From: a virus
Lineage: Duplodnaviria > Caudoviricetes
Reading direction: 5' to 3' (one strand)
IMG/VR virus record: IMGVR_UViG_3300004633_000020
Coordinates: 1 to 35,619 of that record
DNA: 35,619 bases
Shown here: positions 1-8,510 of the stretch, piece by piece
Numbering within the stretch: position 1 is the first letter of the stretch
How the letters are laid out: each line of letters opens with the position of its first letter
Notes under the pieces: model-generated
Databases searched by the model: none
What the model was told of the DNA's origin: nothing
What the model saw: only the letters and a program-made list of their open reading frames with translations
Translations under genes and position numbers: made by a program

Positions 1-1
1 G

Positions 2-688
2 CTCGCAATCTATTTTCTGCTCTTCGATCACGAGCAAGGCGGCGAAGTGTATTCAGCAGCGGCCGACAAAGAGCAAGCCTCACTCGTCTTCAATGTGGCG
101 GCGCAGATGATTCGCAACGATCCCGAACTCGACAAGATGGTGGCGATCGTCGACTCGCAGAAACGGATTGTGCACAAACAGTCGGGCAGTTTCTATCGCG
201 CCATCTCGGCCGAGGCCTACAGCAAGCACGGCTTCAATGCGTCGGCCGTCATCTATGACGAGATGCACGCGGCGCCCGATCGCGAGTTGTGGGATGTGCT
301 GCGCACGTCGCAGTCGGCGCGGACGCACCCGATGATGCTGGTGATCTCGACGGCGGGGTATGACCGGCATTCGATTCTCTGGGAGCTGTACGCGCATGCG
401 CGCAAGGTGCTCGAGAATCCCGAGTTGGATCCGTCGTTCCTGCCGATTCTGTTTGAGGCCCCGGCCGAGGCCGACTGGACCAATGAGACGGTGTGGCAGG
501 CGGCGAATCCCGCTCTCGGCGACTTCCGCTCGATTGAAGAGATGCGCAACGCGTGCGCGCGGGCGCGGCAGATTCCGGCGGAGGAGAACACGTTCCGGCG
601 GCTCTACCTGAATCAGTGGACCGAGCAAGCGGCGCGGTGGATCGCGGTCGAGGCGTGGGACGCGTGTTGTGTAACGGCGGCCGCGTAG
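2..688 (+). CDS. terL: Terminase large subunit, ATPase half (5' truncated by window)
   Basis: Frame is open from position 2. Walker B VIYDEMH, coupling motif ISTAG, W..ANP and F.RLYLNQW are typical of Terminase_1-type TerL. Ends at TAG just after AWDACC. Confidence 0.93.
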   Translation, partial: LAIYFLLFDHEQGGEVYSAAADKEQASLVFNVAAQMIRNDPELDKMVAIVDSQKRIVHKQSGSFYRAISAEAYSKHGFNASAVIYDEMHAAPDRELWDVLRTSQSARTHPMMLVISTAGYDRHSILWELYAHARKVLENPELDPSFLPILFEAPAEADWTNETVWQAANPALGDFRSIEEMRNACARARQIPAEENTFRRLYLNQWTEQAARWIAVEAWDACCVTAAA

Positions 689-701
689 GCATGGCGGTGC
701 C

Positions 702-929
702 GTGAGAGACGGCCGCTGGGCGTACACGATTTGTATCTATCGGCCCGCGCGGCAGGGGGGAGGGATTGTGATTGAGAGCTTACATAGCAACCCCGTCACG
801 CTCGACGTGGAGCTGGACCTGTTGAAGGATCGGATGCGCCGGGGCGAGATTGGCACGATCGACGTCATCGCGCACGTGCCGCCGTTTACGCGGTATCGGA
901 TTACGACGGAGCCAGACGAGGATGCGTGA
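702..929 (+). CDS. Small hypothetical protein lying between the TerL halves
   Basis: 75 aa GTG-start ORF with protein-like composition; its stop overlaps the start of the next ORF. Confidence 0.55.
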   Translation: MRDGRWAYTICIYRPARQGGGIVIESLHSNPVTLDVELDLLKDRMRRGEIGTIDVIAHVPPFTRYRITTEPDEDA

Positions 930-1146
930 GGGCTGGTCGGTCCTGTTGCACGTCGACGCGGTCGTCTGGGATCGGCCACGGGACCGGGACGGCATGCGGG
1001 CGCTCAATGCGGTGTTAGAACAGGGCTGTCCATTCGCGGCAGTGGCGACGAGTGTCGTGGTCGATCAGATCGAACTGCGCGGACGGGATGCGGACGGGGT
1101 GCTGGTGCAGGTCTGGGGGAGGGCCGCGCGCCGTGACCCGCGCTGA
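922..1146 (+). CDS. Small hypothetical protein lying between the TerL halves
   Basis: ATG 922 follows GAGG and overlaps the previous stop; 3' end overlaps the start of the TerL nuclease half. Confidence 0.5.
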   Translation: MREGWSVLLHVDAVVWDRPRDRDGMRALNAVLEQGCPFAAVATSVVVDQIELRGRDADGVLVQVWGRAARRDPR

Positions 1147-1795
1147 ATTTCGGCGAGCGCTCAAGGGGCGGCGGTGTTATGTCGGGATGGACTTGGCGAG
1201 CACCAAAGACCTGACGGCGATCGTGGCGGTGTTCCCGGAGGGCGACGGCCACTTTGAGGTGTTGTCGCACTTCTTTGTTCCGGCCGACACGATTCGCGAG
1301 CGCTCGAAAACGGATCGCGTGCCCTATGACCAGTGGGCGCACGACGGCTATCTCAGTGCCACGCCCGGCGCCGTCGTCGACTACGAAGCGGTGCGGCAGG
1401 TGCTGCATGACTGGGCGGCGGAATTTCAGGTGCGCGAGATTGCCTTCGATCCGTGGAATGCGACGGATTTAGTAACGCGCTTACAGGAGCAGGACGGGTT
1501 TACGTGCGTGCCGATCCGGCAAGGCTTCGCCAGTCTGTCGGCGCCGACCAAGGCGCTCGAGAAAGCGATCCTCTCGAAGCGATTGCGCCATGACGGGCAT
1601 CCGGTGTTGCGGTGGAACATCAGCAACATTGCGGTCGAACAGGACCCGGCGGGCAACTTGAAACTCTCGAAGAAAGTCAGTACCGAGCGGATCGATGGCG
1701 CGGCCGCATTGGTGATGGCGGTCGATCGGATGGAGCGCAACGCGACGGACACTCCGCCGCAGCAATATCAGATGCTGATCTTCGGAGCACGGTGA
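1133..1795 (+). CDS. terL: Terminase large subunit, RNase H-like nuclease half
   Basis: GTG 1133 follows GGGGAGG. Motifs GRRCYVGMDLASTKDLTA, IAFDPWNA, RQGF..LS.PTK, H.G.PVLRW and ERIDGAAALVMA. Confidence 0.92.
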   Translation: MTRAEFRRALKGRRCYVGMDLASTKDLTAIVAVFPEGDGHFEVLSHFFVPADTIRERSKTDRVPYDQWAHDGYLSATPGAVVDYEAVRQVLHDWAAEFQVREIAFDPWNATDLVTRLQEQDGFTCVPIRQGFASLSAPTKALEKAILSKRLRHDGHPVLRWNISNIAVEQDPAGNLKLSKKVSTERIDGAAALVMAVDRMERNATDTPPQQYQMLIFGAR

Positions 1796-2013
1796 TGGAC
1801 GACGACACAATCACCAAATGGGCCCGGTATGGATCGCTCGGTGGGCGTCCGCCGATTGACCGGCGCGAAACGACGGTTGCGCTTACGATGCGCGTCACGC
1901 TGAGTGAGTACGAACGGATTGTGCGGCTCGCACAGCAACGCGACAGCTCGGTGTCGGCGACGGCCCGCCGGTTAATTGTCTTACGCTTGTCGGGGGGTGA
2001 CGGGCCCGCGTGA
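1795..2013 (+). CDS. Ribbon-helix-helix (CopG/MobC-like) DNA-binding protein
   Basis: TGATG coupling to terL. GGRPP...VALTMRVTLSEYERIVRLAQQRDSSVSATARRLI fits the RHH strand-helix-helix pattern. Confidence 0.7.
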   Translation: MDDDTITKWARYGSLGGRPPIDRRETTVALTMRVTLSEYERIVRLAQQRDSSVSATARRLIVLRLSGGDGPA

Positions 2014-2037
2014 GGGCGAGCCCGTCTGCGCGACGAT

Positions 2038-2574
2038 TCACGGACGACCGGTCATGCTGAGCTGTGCTTCGATCTCTTTGATGCGGTCCTTGTGTTTCGG
2101 GAGCGCATAGACGCCTTTTTTGCCCTCGCCTTGGGCGAGCTGCCCATCGGCGGCGAGCTTCGCACACGACACTAAGAGTGAATTGCGATTGGTTGGCGTG
2201 CCTCGGAGGTCGTCGACGAGTGGCGCGAGGGCGGTCTGGCCAATCGGGCCGTCGCCGAGCGCTTTCAGAATCGCGTCGGTCATCGACATCTTGCCGACGG
2301 CATGTTTGACGTAGCCGGTCGGGTGCGGGTGATGGGCGTGGCCGGTGTGCTTCCGGCGCGTGCGGCGGGGGCGTGTCGGCTTCGTGCGGGGCGGGGCCGC
2401 TGTCGTCGGCTTCGTACGGAGATGGTGCGCGAGGGCGCCGTTAATCTTGCGTCGCACGGTGGACTGCAGTTGGGGGGCGAGTTCCTGCTCAATCAGGGCG
2501 ATGGTCTCGCGATAGCGGGTGGCTTCGCCTTCGTGAAAGTGCAACCGTGCGCGAAAGCGTTCAATCAGTTTCAT
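2038..2574 (-). CDS. Coiled-coil plus winged-HTH protein (paralog of next gene)
   Basis: Start MKLIERF. C-terminal AILKAL.DGP...LA...TNRNSL..L...G...G.Y wHTH-like pattern. Confidence 0.7.
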   Translation of the reverse strand: MKLIERFRARLHFHEGEATRYRETIALIEQELAPQLQSTVRRKINGALAHHLRTKPTTAAPPRTKPTRPRRTRRKHTGHAHHPHPTGYVKHAVGKMSMTDAILKALGDGPIGQTALAPLVDDLRGTPTNRNSLLVSCAKLAADGQLAQGEGKKGVYALPKHKDRIKEIEAQLSMTGRP

Positions 2575-2968
2575 GGCCGGGATCCTTTGCAGCAAGGGGT
2601 CGTGGTGGACGGACGAGCGCGACGAGGCCGCCGAAGCGTGTGGGGCCACTGCGGGTCAAGAGGCCGCTTTTCACCATGCGGTTGATTTCGACGCGCATCG
2701 AGCCGCGATTGGTGGGTTTGGCGCGAATGTTCGACACGCGCATCGCGAGGGTCGTGATGTCGGCCGGACCGCTCTCGAGGGCGCGGAGAATGGCGGACGG
2801 AATGCTCTTGGGTTGGAGCCCTCGGGGGGCCCGGCGGTGCACGGGCGACAGCTCGGTGTGTTGACCATTGGCGGTGACTTCGGTGAGGGTCGCGATCGCG
2901 CGGCGCCACTTGGCGGCTTCCTGTTCGTGATACGCGAGCTGCCGACGTAACCGTTCGAGGAGCTGCAT
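2561..2968 (-). CDS. Coiled-coil plus winged-HTH protein (paralog of previous gene)
   Basis: MQLLERL...AILRALESGP...LA...PTNRGSM aligns by eye with 2038..2574. Confidence 0.7.
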   Translation of the reverse strand: MQLLERLRRQLAYHEQEAAKWRRAIATLTEVTANGQHTELSPVHRRAPRGLQPKSIPSAILRALESGPADITTLAMRVSNIRAKPTNRGSMRVEINRMVKSGLLTRSGPTRFGGLVALVRPPRPLAAKDPGHETD

Positions 2969-3487
2969 TTAGCTAATTCCCGCCTTACGGTCGGCGCGTT
3001 TCTGCTCGCGCAGGGCGCGTTTGCGATAGCCCTTCTCACGTGGGCCGCCCGCCGGTTGTTTGTGCGTGCGCGTGTCCGCGTCCTGTTCGCGCTTCTTGTA
3101 GGTGACCCACGTCGTGAAGCCATCACGCCAATGGTCGCCTTGTTTGGCCCATGCGTTGACGTCGAGGCCTTCAAACTCCCACAGCCGAAACAGCATCAGG
3201 ATCGAGCCCGACCCAAAGCCATGCACGGCGAGCGAGGACGGGCTCGATTTGTCATAGAGATCGCGGAGCGATTTGGCGCGGTGTCCCGCTGCCGCTTCCG
3301 AGATCAACCGGGCCGTGCGTCCGGCCGGGAGCCCGGTGCGCTGCGCGATGTCGACGTAACTCAAACGTTGATCCCCGCACACCAGTGGCGCGTTGGCGCG
3401 ATCGACGTAATGCGCGATGGTACTCGCGCCACAAAAGACTTTGAGATGTGCGAAGCCATTGACGGCCTCTTGGCGACGGTCAGCCAT
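2969..3487 (-). CDS. Hypothetical protein, possible HTH
   Basis: Strong RBS GAAAGGAG; LSYVDIAQRTGLP helix-turn-helix-like segment; abuts the next gene. Confidence 0.7.
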   Translation of the reverse strand: MADRRQEAVNGFAHLKVFCGASTIAHYVDRANAPLVCGDQRLSYVDIAQRTGLPAGRTARLISEAAAGHRAKSLRDLYDKSSPSSLAVHGFGSGSILMLFRLWEFEGLDVNAWAKQGDHWRDGFTTWVTYKKREQDADTRTHKQPAGGPREKGYRKRALREQKRADRKAGIS

Positions 3488-3632
3488 TGCGGTGAACGAC
3501 TCCTTTCATCGGGGGAGGCCTCGGTTAAATTCTATCTGGTCTGGCGCGAAGGATATACCAATCGATCGAGAGGCCACCAGTCTCGTGGCGCCCGGCGGTG
3601 CACACCAAATGGGGTGCACATCGTGGCGCGCC

Positions 3633-4049
3633 TCAGGGAAACCCTGAGGCGTCCAGCAAGGCGCGGGCTTCGTCTAACCGGGCGCGCAACCATGGACTCA
3701 CCCCCGCGAATTCGGCACTGGGGGTGTCGGGGTGGACGAGCAGTGCCAGCAGCTCGCGCATGGCGGGGGCGTGGGCGATGAGGCGGGCGTTGGCTTCGGC
3801 TTCGCGCTCGCGCTCGAGGAGCCCGCCCGGGCGTTTGAGCACTTTGGCGATGGCCGCCTCCCCAAGCGAGCCCGGCTCGCGGCGCACGTACCACCCTTTG
3901 ATGGTCTTCTCGGCGCGCCACGGGCCACGGGAATGATGTGGGCGTGTGTCGACGTCGATGACGTGATGGAGCGGACAATCCGCCGCGCAAAACCACTGCT
4001 CGGCGAGGTACTGACAGGAGTCGAGATGTCGGGGGTCATGGCGGGGCAT
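3633..4049 (-). CDS. Phage hypothetical protein with H.(P/R)GPW...ANARLIA.AP motif
   Basis: HSRGPW and EANARLIAHAP motifs, common in small phage early proteins; RBS AAGGAG. Confidence 0.7.
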   Translation of the reverse strand: MPRHDPRHLDSCQYLAEQWFCAADCPLHHVIDVDTRPHHSRGPWRAEKTIKGWYVRREPGSLGEAAIAKVLKRPGGLLEREREAEANARLIAHAPAMRELLALLVHPDTPSAEFAGVSPWLRARLDEARALLDASGFP

Positions 4050-4053
4050 GTTT

Positions 4054-4248
4054 TTACTTCTCCTTCCACCGACTGAACTCGGGGAACATCTCGCGCACGT
4101 GTCGTTCGAGTTCGGCGCGTTCGCGGTTGGTGGCGACGGGGTCGGGGTGACAGCGCCGCAGGTGTTCCGCGAGTGGCTCGTCGAACAGGGGTGCGGGCTC
4201 GCCATTGAGCAGGGCGCGCATCGAGCACTGAAGACAGGCGATGGGCAT
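4054..4248 (-). CDS. Small CxxC/His protein
   Basis: MPIACLQC...HLRRCHPD; RBS GAGG. Confidence 0.6.
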   Translation of the reverse strand: MPIACLQCSMRALLNGEPAPLFDEPLAEHLRRCHPDPVATNRERAELERHVREMFPEFSRWKEK

Positions 4249-4255
4249 GCGAACC

Positions 4256-4462
4256 TCAGTTGTAAATCTTGTTGAAGCTACCGATGTAGGTGACGTAATT
4301 GACGCGCGGTTCATGGGTCTCGACGACGGCAGGCGTGTCGAGACGCGGGTCGAGCGGATGGCCTTCGGTGTAGACCATGTCGGGCCGCTCGGTATCCTCG
4401 AAGATACTCACGATGCGTCCGCGCCAGTTATTGCGAAACTTGCCGATGAGCAGTCCTTTCAC
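4256..4462 (-). CDS. Hypothetical protein
   Basis: GTG start with GAGGA RBS; GTGA overlap with the upstream stop. Confidence 0.6.
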   Translation of the reverse strand: MKGLLIGKFRNNWRGRIVSIFEDTERPDMVYTEGHPLDPRLDTPAVVETHEPRVNYVTYIGSFNKIYN

Positions 4463-4941
4463 GGGAGTCCTCGCTGTGCTTTGGAGACGACTTCGTTGCG
4501 TTGAAACGTGACGATGAGCACGCCGCCGTTGCGGGCGCGCCATTCAAAGAGCTGTGTGTGGAAGCCGCCGATTGTGGTGTCGCTGATTTCCGTGCCACCG
4601 CTCCCGAGCAGGTGTCGGACCCGTTCCCATGACATACCGTCGGTGATGGCGGCGTACCCCTCGACGGTCACGCCGAGGACAGGAAAGGGATCGGCGGTTA
4701 CACTCGGCGGCGCAGTGGTGCCGGGGGTGAGATCGGGCGGCGCGGTGATCCCGGCTAAAAAATCGGATAGGGATTCGTTCTTATCGTGCCGTTCGAAAAA
4801 TTCCTTGAGGGCCGCGTCGGCGGTTGTGGCCGGGGGCGCTGCGGGCGCGGGATGCTGGAACAGTCGTGGCACGAACGATATCGCGGTGACGAGGGCGACG
4901 ATTCCGGCCATGACGGCAAGGGGGCGATAGTGGCGATCCAT
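4459..4941 (-). CDS. Membrane-anchored protein with BLIP/DUF3862-like domain
   Basis: N-terminal hydrophobic helix; VT..GY..I..GMSWE.V..LLG..G...W......VTF....VVSKAQ.GL pattern. Confidence 0.7.
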   Translation of the reverse strand: MDRHYRPLAVMAGIVALVTAISFVPRLFQHPAPAAPPATTADAALKEFFERHDKNESLSDFLAGITAPPDLTPGTTAPPSVTADPFPVLGVTVEGYAAITDGMSWERVRHLLGSGGTEISDTTIGGFHTQLFEWRARNGGVLIVTFQRNEVVSKAQRGLP

Positions 4942-5013
4942 ATTGTCGGACTCCTGTTACCGGCGCACGCGTGGAGGGAAGCTGTCAACCTCCCTCCCCG
5001 CAGCCCCATCACT

Positions 5014-5457
5014 TCACTTTGCGGCGCGTCGTTGGCGGGCGGCCGCCTTGCGCTTGCGCGTGGCGAGGCCTTTGGCGCGCTGCTCGGGCGTGAAGCTCGG
5101 GACATGCCCGGCCGCTTTACGCTCGGCCGCGAGGCGTTTGCCATGGCGGCGTTTGACCGTGGTCGCGACGGCGCCGCGCTGACGGTCAATCAACGCGAGA
5201 ATCTCCGGCGGCAGAATGAAGCGGCCGGGCTGCCCGTTGGCAGTGACGACCGTCAGAAAGACGGTGTCGCCTTTGTCATGCCGCACGGTCTGCGTGATGT
5301 ACTGCGTCACGTTGCCGTAAAAGTCTTGCGCCTGTTTGATCGCGGGTTGCGTGTGCGCGCCATTCGGCAAACCAATCAGATTCGACAAGGCGAGATCGAA
5401 CGGGTCGGTCGGCAGCGGCGTCGGATTCGGTTGTGCGTGTCGGGTCTCAGTCGTCAT
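5014..5457 (-). CDS. Hypothetical protein with basic C-terminal tail
   Basis: RBS AAGGAG; first gene downstream of the promoter at 5473-5513. Confidence 0.75.
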   Translation of the reverse strand: MTTETRHAQPNPTPLPTDPFDLALSNLIGLPNGAHTQPAIKQAQDFYGNVTQYITQTVRHDKGDTVFLTVVTANGQPGRFILPPEILALIDRQRGAVATTVKRRHGKRLAAERKAAGHVPSFTPEQRAKGLATRKRKAAARQRRAAK

Positions 5458-5472
5458 GCGTGGTCGGCTCCT

Positions 5473-5513
5473 TACCGAATTATAAGTATACCTGAAGATA
5501 GGTAAGAAGTCAA
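5473..5513 (-). promoter_or_regulatory. sigma70 promoter with tandem 16-bp operators
   Basis: TTGACT-17bp-TATACT; palindrome TACCT-N6-AGGTA at 5489-5504 plus an adjacent degenerate copy at 5473-5488. Confidence 0.85.
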
Positions 5514-5522
5514 ATCGGGTGT

Positions 5523-5783
5523 TTATGTGCCGTGTGCGGCTTCGTGGTCGAGACGACTCCGTTTGATGGCGCGCTCGGCGTCTGCCTTCGAGGCATAGGG
5601 ACCGAACCATGCGGGTGGTACTCCCGTGCGGTATCGGGCATAGGTGACGACGACATGGCGGAGGCTGCCGTCACGCGTGGGCCGCACAAAATCCAGTCGT
5701 TCTTTCATGGGCCCCATCTGCGGAATGGGGAGGCCGTCTTGATTCACGTGCCAGTACTCAATGCGGTCGAGGATATTCGTCAT
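5523..5783 (-). CDS. Hypothetical protein
   Basis: ATGA overlap with the upstream gene; GGAG RBS. Confidence 0.65.
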   Translation of the reverse strand: MTNILDRIEYWHVNQDGLPIPQMGPMKERLDFVRPTRDGSLRHVVVTYARYRTGVPPAWFGPYASKADAERAIKRSRLDHEAAHGT

Positions 5784-6073
5784 GGGCGGTACTCCCAGTG
5801 GTGCAGAATCGCAATCGCCTGTTCGACGATGGCGCATTCCGCGCGCGTACGATCCGGGTTGATCAGACGGATGCCCTCAAGCTGCACGGTGGTCTCGTTC
5901 CAGAGCGGGACAGCGCGCCAATACCCGTCCGCGAGGTAGATGACGCCCTCGACGTCGTCGAGGGCTCTCGCGATTCGCTGCTCGACGAGGTCGTCTGCCG
6001 GATATTCCTTGCCGATGGTGGCGTCAATCGACGCGATGAACGGAACGGGTTTGGTGCCGCCTCGGAGAATCAT
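5780..6073 (-). CDS. Hypothetical protein
   Basis: Coupled at both ends by ATGA overlaps. Confidence 0.65.
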   Translation of the reverse strand: MILRGGTKPVPFIASIDATIGKEYPADDLVEQRIARALDDVEGVIYLADGYWRAVPLWNETTVQLEGIRLINPDRTRAECAIVEQAIAILHHWEYRP

Positions 6074-6276
6074 GTGGTCCTCTTCTTAGGTGGGCGGGCC
6101 GGGTAGATCCCGATCGTGCCGTAATCGGCTTCGCCTTCGATGGTGCCGAATTGCAGGAAGCTGCCATCGGTGAATTCGATCGCATCGAGGCTCCACACTT
6201 TGTTGCCGGAGGTCATCTCGAAGCGCGATTGATGTATGCGGGCGACGGTCTTGCCGACGAGCGCGTTGCGGTTCAT
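6070..6276 (-). CDS. Hypothetical protein (LVGKTV...IEFTDGS small beta-domain)
   Basis: RBS GAAAGGAG before ATG 6276. Confidence 0.7.
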   Translation of the reverse strand: MNRNALVGKTVARIHQSRFEMTSGNKVWSLDAIEFTDGSFLQFGTIEGEADYGTIGIYPARPPKKRTT

Positions 6277-6392
6277 GCAGCTCCTTTCAGGACGGTGCCG
6301 CACTGGCAGCACGCAATGACGAGCGTGCCGTCATAGGCGAACCATGTATAGAGGCGATGCGGGGGATGCGGACACGGCTGCGTCTTTTTCAA
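6273..6392 (-). CDS. 39 aa CxH...CxxC mini protein, not in ORF track
   Basis: TTG start with GGAG RBS; 4-nt overlaps with both neighbours; MKKTQPCPHPPHRLYTWFAYDGTLVIACCQCGTVLKGAA. Confidence 0.65.
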   Translation of the reverse strand: MKKTQPCPHPPHRLYTWFAYDGTLVIACCQCGTVLKGAA

Positions 6393-6598
6393 GTGAGTCT
6401 CCAGACGTCAGGGTGCGCGTTCAGTGCGTCGCACAGGGCTTGGCACTCATGCTTCGCCGTGAGGCCGGTGAAGGCCGCGCCGTACCCGACACCCGTCTGG
6501 CGATCGAACACACACCAGTGATTCGGTTGTCGATTGTCACGGGCGCGGCCGGGAATGAACCGTGTCGGTGGCGGCGGTGGGGTCTTCTTCGTGGTCAT
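6389..6598 (-). CDS. Hypothetical protein
   Basis: 69 aa; ATGA-coupled. Confidence 0.6.
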   Translation of the reverse strand: MTTKKTPPPPPTRFIPGRARDNRQPNHWCVFDRQTGVGYGAAFTGLTAKHECQALCDALNAHPDVWRLT

Positions 6599-6930
6599 CG
6601 TCTGATGGTTCCGTCGATGCGCGCGAGCAAGGCGCGGGATTGTTTAGCGGTCTGCCACATCGCATCTCGCACTGGTTTCGGTACATCTGGGTTCGTGGCG
6701 AATTGCTCGCAGGCTGTTGCTGTGCCGAGAAGTTCGTTGTGCATCTCTGGGGCGGCGGCGATCAGGCGCGCGTTGGCGTCCGCTTGCGCTTCTGAAATGT
6801 AGTCGGACTGTTCAAGTCCGAGCGACGAAAGTACTGGGAACCCTTTGTCCGCAACGATCGTGCGCTGTTCGTTTCCTCGAGTGCCAAGCAGGCGCCACGG
6901 TCCCGGTGTGTGTGTCGTCTTCATTGTCAT
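6595..6930 (-). CDS. Phage hypothetical protein with HTPGPW...ANARLIAAAPE motif
   Basis: Both motifs are fully canonical. Confidence 0.8.
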   Translation of the reverse strand: MTMKTTHTPGPWRLLGTRGNEQRTIVADKGFPVLSSLGLEQSDYISEAQADANARLIAAAPEMHNELLGTATACEQFATNPDVPKPVRDAMWQTAKQSRALLARIDGTIRR

Positions 6931-6933
6931 GGC

Positions 6934-7272
6934 TCAGTACTCTTCGGCGCGCATGATGGTCAGGACGCGCGTAGTCACGCGGGGGTCGCTCGGGTCCTCG
7001 CTGCCGCCGTCGAGCGTGCGGTTGTAGTAGTCGATCTTCCAGAACACCTTGCCGACGCCGTCGTGGTCGAAGGCGCCGAAGTCGTGCTCCCCGTAGGGGT
7101 CGTTGTCGGGCGTGAAGGCGTCGAAGGTCTCGACCTTCTCGCGAATCGCAGACTGCACGTAGCCGTCGAGGGTGGCGATGCCAGCGGTCTGCACGAGGGT
7201 GCTGGCCACGCCCATGGCGGTGCGGGCGAGGTCGTTCAGGTCGGCAATCTTCTTGGTGTTGGCGTTGCTCAC
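6934..7272 (-). CDS. DUF3768 family protein
   Basis: NDPYGEHDFGAF...VFWKIDYY...SEDPSDP..T.RVLTIM.AEEY. Confidence 0.88.
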   Translation of the reverse strand: MSNANTKKIADLNDLARTAMGVASTLVQTAGIATLDGYVQSAIREKVETFDAFTPDNDPYGEHDFGAFDHDGVGKVFWKIDYYNRTLDGGSEDPSDPRVTTRVLTIMRAEEY

Positions 7273-7296
7273 GTTGTCCTCCCAGTCACAATTCGA

Positions 7297-7713
7297 TTAC
7301 AGGCGCGCGGTTTCCCAGAGCAGGGTCTGGAACGCTTCGTCGCCGAGCAGGCGCTTGAGTTGCTCGGACTGACGCGTGGTGGCTTTCCACGTGCGCTCCG
7401 CTGTCCGGCTGTCGGTGTCGTAGCCGTACTCGGCGGCCCACTGCTCGAAGTCGGGCGCGTTCTCGAGGCCTGCCGCGTCCGACGCGAGCGTATCGACGAC
7501 GTCCGCCAGCTCGGGGCGCTTGCCCATAAAGCCGGAGCCCATCGAGAACACCACCGTCATCCGGCGGCGTCCGGCGTGCAGCGTGACCTTCCAGTGCGTC
7601 ATGTCGCGGTCGGCGTCGTCCATGTGCGGGTTGTGGTCGGTCCGCTCGACGGACATCGTCACGCCGTGGGTGGTCAGAAAGTCGGTCAGAGTCAGCTCGT
7701 TGGTGGTCGTCAT
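7297..7713 (-). CDS. Phage hypothetical protein
   Basis: FEQWAAEYGYDTDSR.AE motif; first gene after the promoter at 7731-7772. Confidence 0.75.
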   Translation of the reverse strand: MTTTNELTLTDFLTTHGVTMSVERTDHNPHMDDADRDMTHWKVTLHAGRRRMTVVFSMGSGFMGKRPELADVVDTLASDAAGLENAPDFEQWAAEYGYDTDSRTAERTWKATTRQSEQLKRLLGDEAFQTLLWETARL

Positions 7714-7730
7714 GGTCGTCGTGGGCTCCC

Positions 7731-7772
7731 TACCCACAGATAAGTATACCTAAATATAGGTAAGGAAGTCAA
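7731..7772 (-). promoter_or_regulatory. sigma70 promoter with tandem 16-bp operators
   Basis: TTGACT-18bp-TATACT; TACCT-AAATAT-AGGTA at 7747-7762 plus an adjacent copy at 7731-7746. Confidence 0.85.
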
Positions 7773-7793
7773 GTCGCGTGTTGTGGCTCCGCC

Positions 7794-7994
7794 TCAGGCG
7801 ATGGGTTCGACGGTGGCGCCGTACTCGGCGGCGATCCGGAGGGCGCGTCCGCGTGTCTTGTAGCGGATGGCATTGTCAAGGCGCCGGACCCCTTGCCGTC
7901 CGAGATCAAGCTGGCCGAGATAGGTGGGCCCGGTCTCGTCGCGGTGGAGCACGATGACGAAGCGGCCGTGGACCTTCCGCTGTTTGTTGTCCAT
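7794..7994 (-). CDS. Hypothetical protein
   Basis: ATG 7994 follows GGAGG. Confidence 0.6.
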   Translation of the reverse strand: MDNKQRKVHGRFVIVLHRDETGPTYLGQLDLGRQGVRRLDNAIRYKTRGRALRIAAEYGATVEPIA

Positions 7995-7998
7995 GGGC

Positions 7999-8283
7999 TC
8001 AGGCCTCCAAGGCGCGATGGCCGTCGTCGACGACGTAGATGTGCAAGTGGGCGCAGTGGCGGCCGGGGCGATAGCCGTTGCCGACGACACGCACGCGCTT
8101 CATGTCGCTGCGTCCGCTGACCCACGCGTAGACGCGGTCGGCATCCTGCGGCGTGCAGGCCCATGCGGCGTAGCTCGCGCCGCCTCGCGCGCCGCCCCAG
8201 CCCGACAGGAACGAGTCGGTGCCGAGTACCAGCACGTGATGCGTGGCTTTCTGGTCCGGTGTGCGGTCGTCTTGGATGGTCAT
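7999..8283 (-). CDS. Phage hypothetical protein (TDSFLSGWG.A.GG.SYAAWAC)
   Basis: Globular composition; ATGA-coupled. Confidence 0.75.
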   Translation of the reverse strand: MTIQDDRTPDQKATHHVLVLGTDSFLSGWGGARGGASYAAWACTPQDADRVYAWVSGRSDMKRVRVVGNGYRPGRHCAHLHIYVVDDGHRALEA

Positions 8284-8501
8284 GGCTCGGTGTACTCCCC
8301 CCAGTTGGGCCGCGTCACCGCGCGGCCCGTGGTCGTGTTGGTCGATGGTTCCTGTCGTGGCGTCGGTGCCTCGGCGGCGTCGACGTCGGCGAGCAAGGCG
8401 GTCACGCGCGACGCCAGCGATTCCGGATGGCGGTCGACTGGCAAGTACGGGCGCGTGGCTTCCAGCAGTGCGCGCATCGTCCGGGCCTGCTCGTGTGTCA
8501 T
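8280..8501 (-). CDS. Hypothetical protein
   Basis: RBS GGAGG. Confidence 0.6.
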   Translation of the reverse strand: MTHEQARTMRALLEATRPYLPVDRHPESLASRVTALLADVDAAEAPTPRQEPSTNTTTGRAVTRPNWGEYTEP

Positions 8502-8510
8502 GCAGTCCTC

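Noticed and set aside
689-1132. Intein or homing endonuclease in the terminase insert
   Set aside because: An in-frame stop excludes an intein; no HNH, LAGLIDADG or GIY-YIG motifs are visible in the two small ORFs.
4960-5000. TTGACA upstream of the membrane protein gene as a promoter
   Set aside because: No -10 at 16-18 bp spacing; the hexamer lies in a hairpin loop region.
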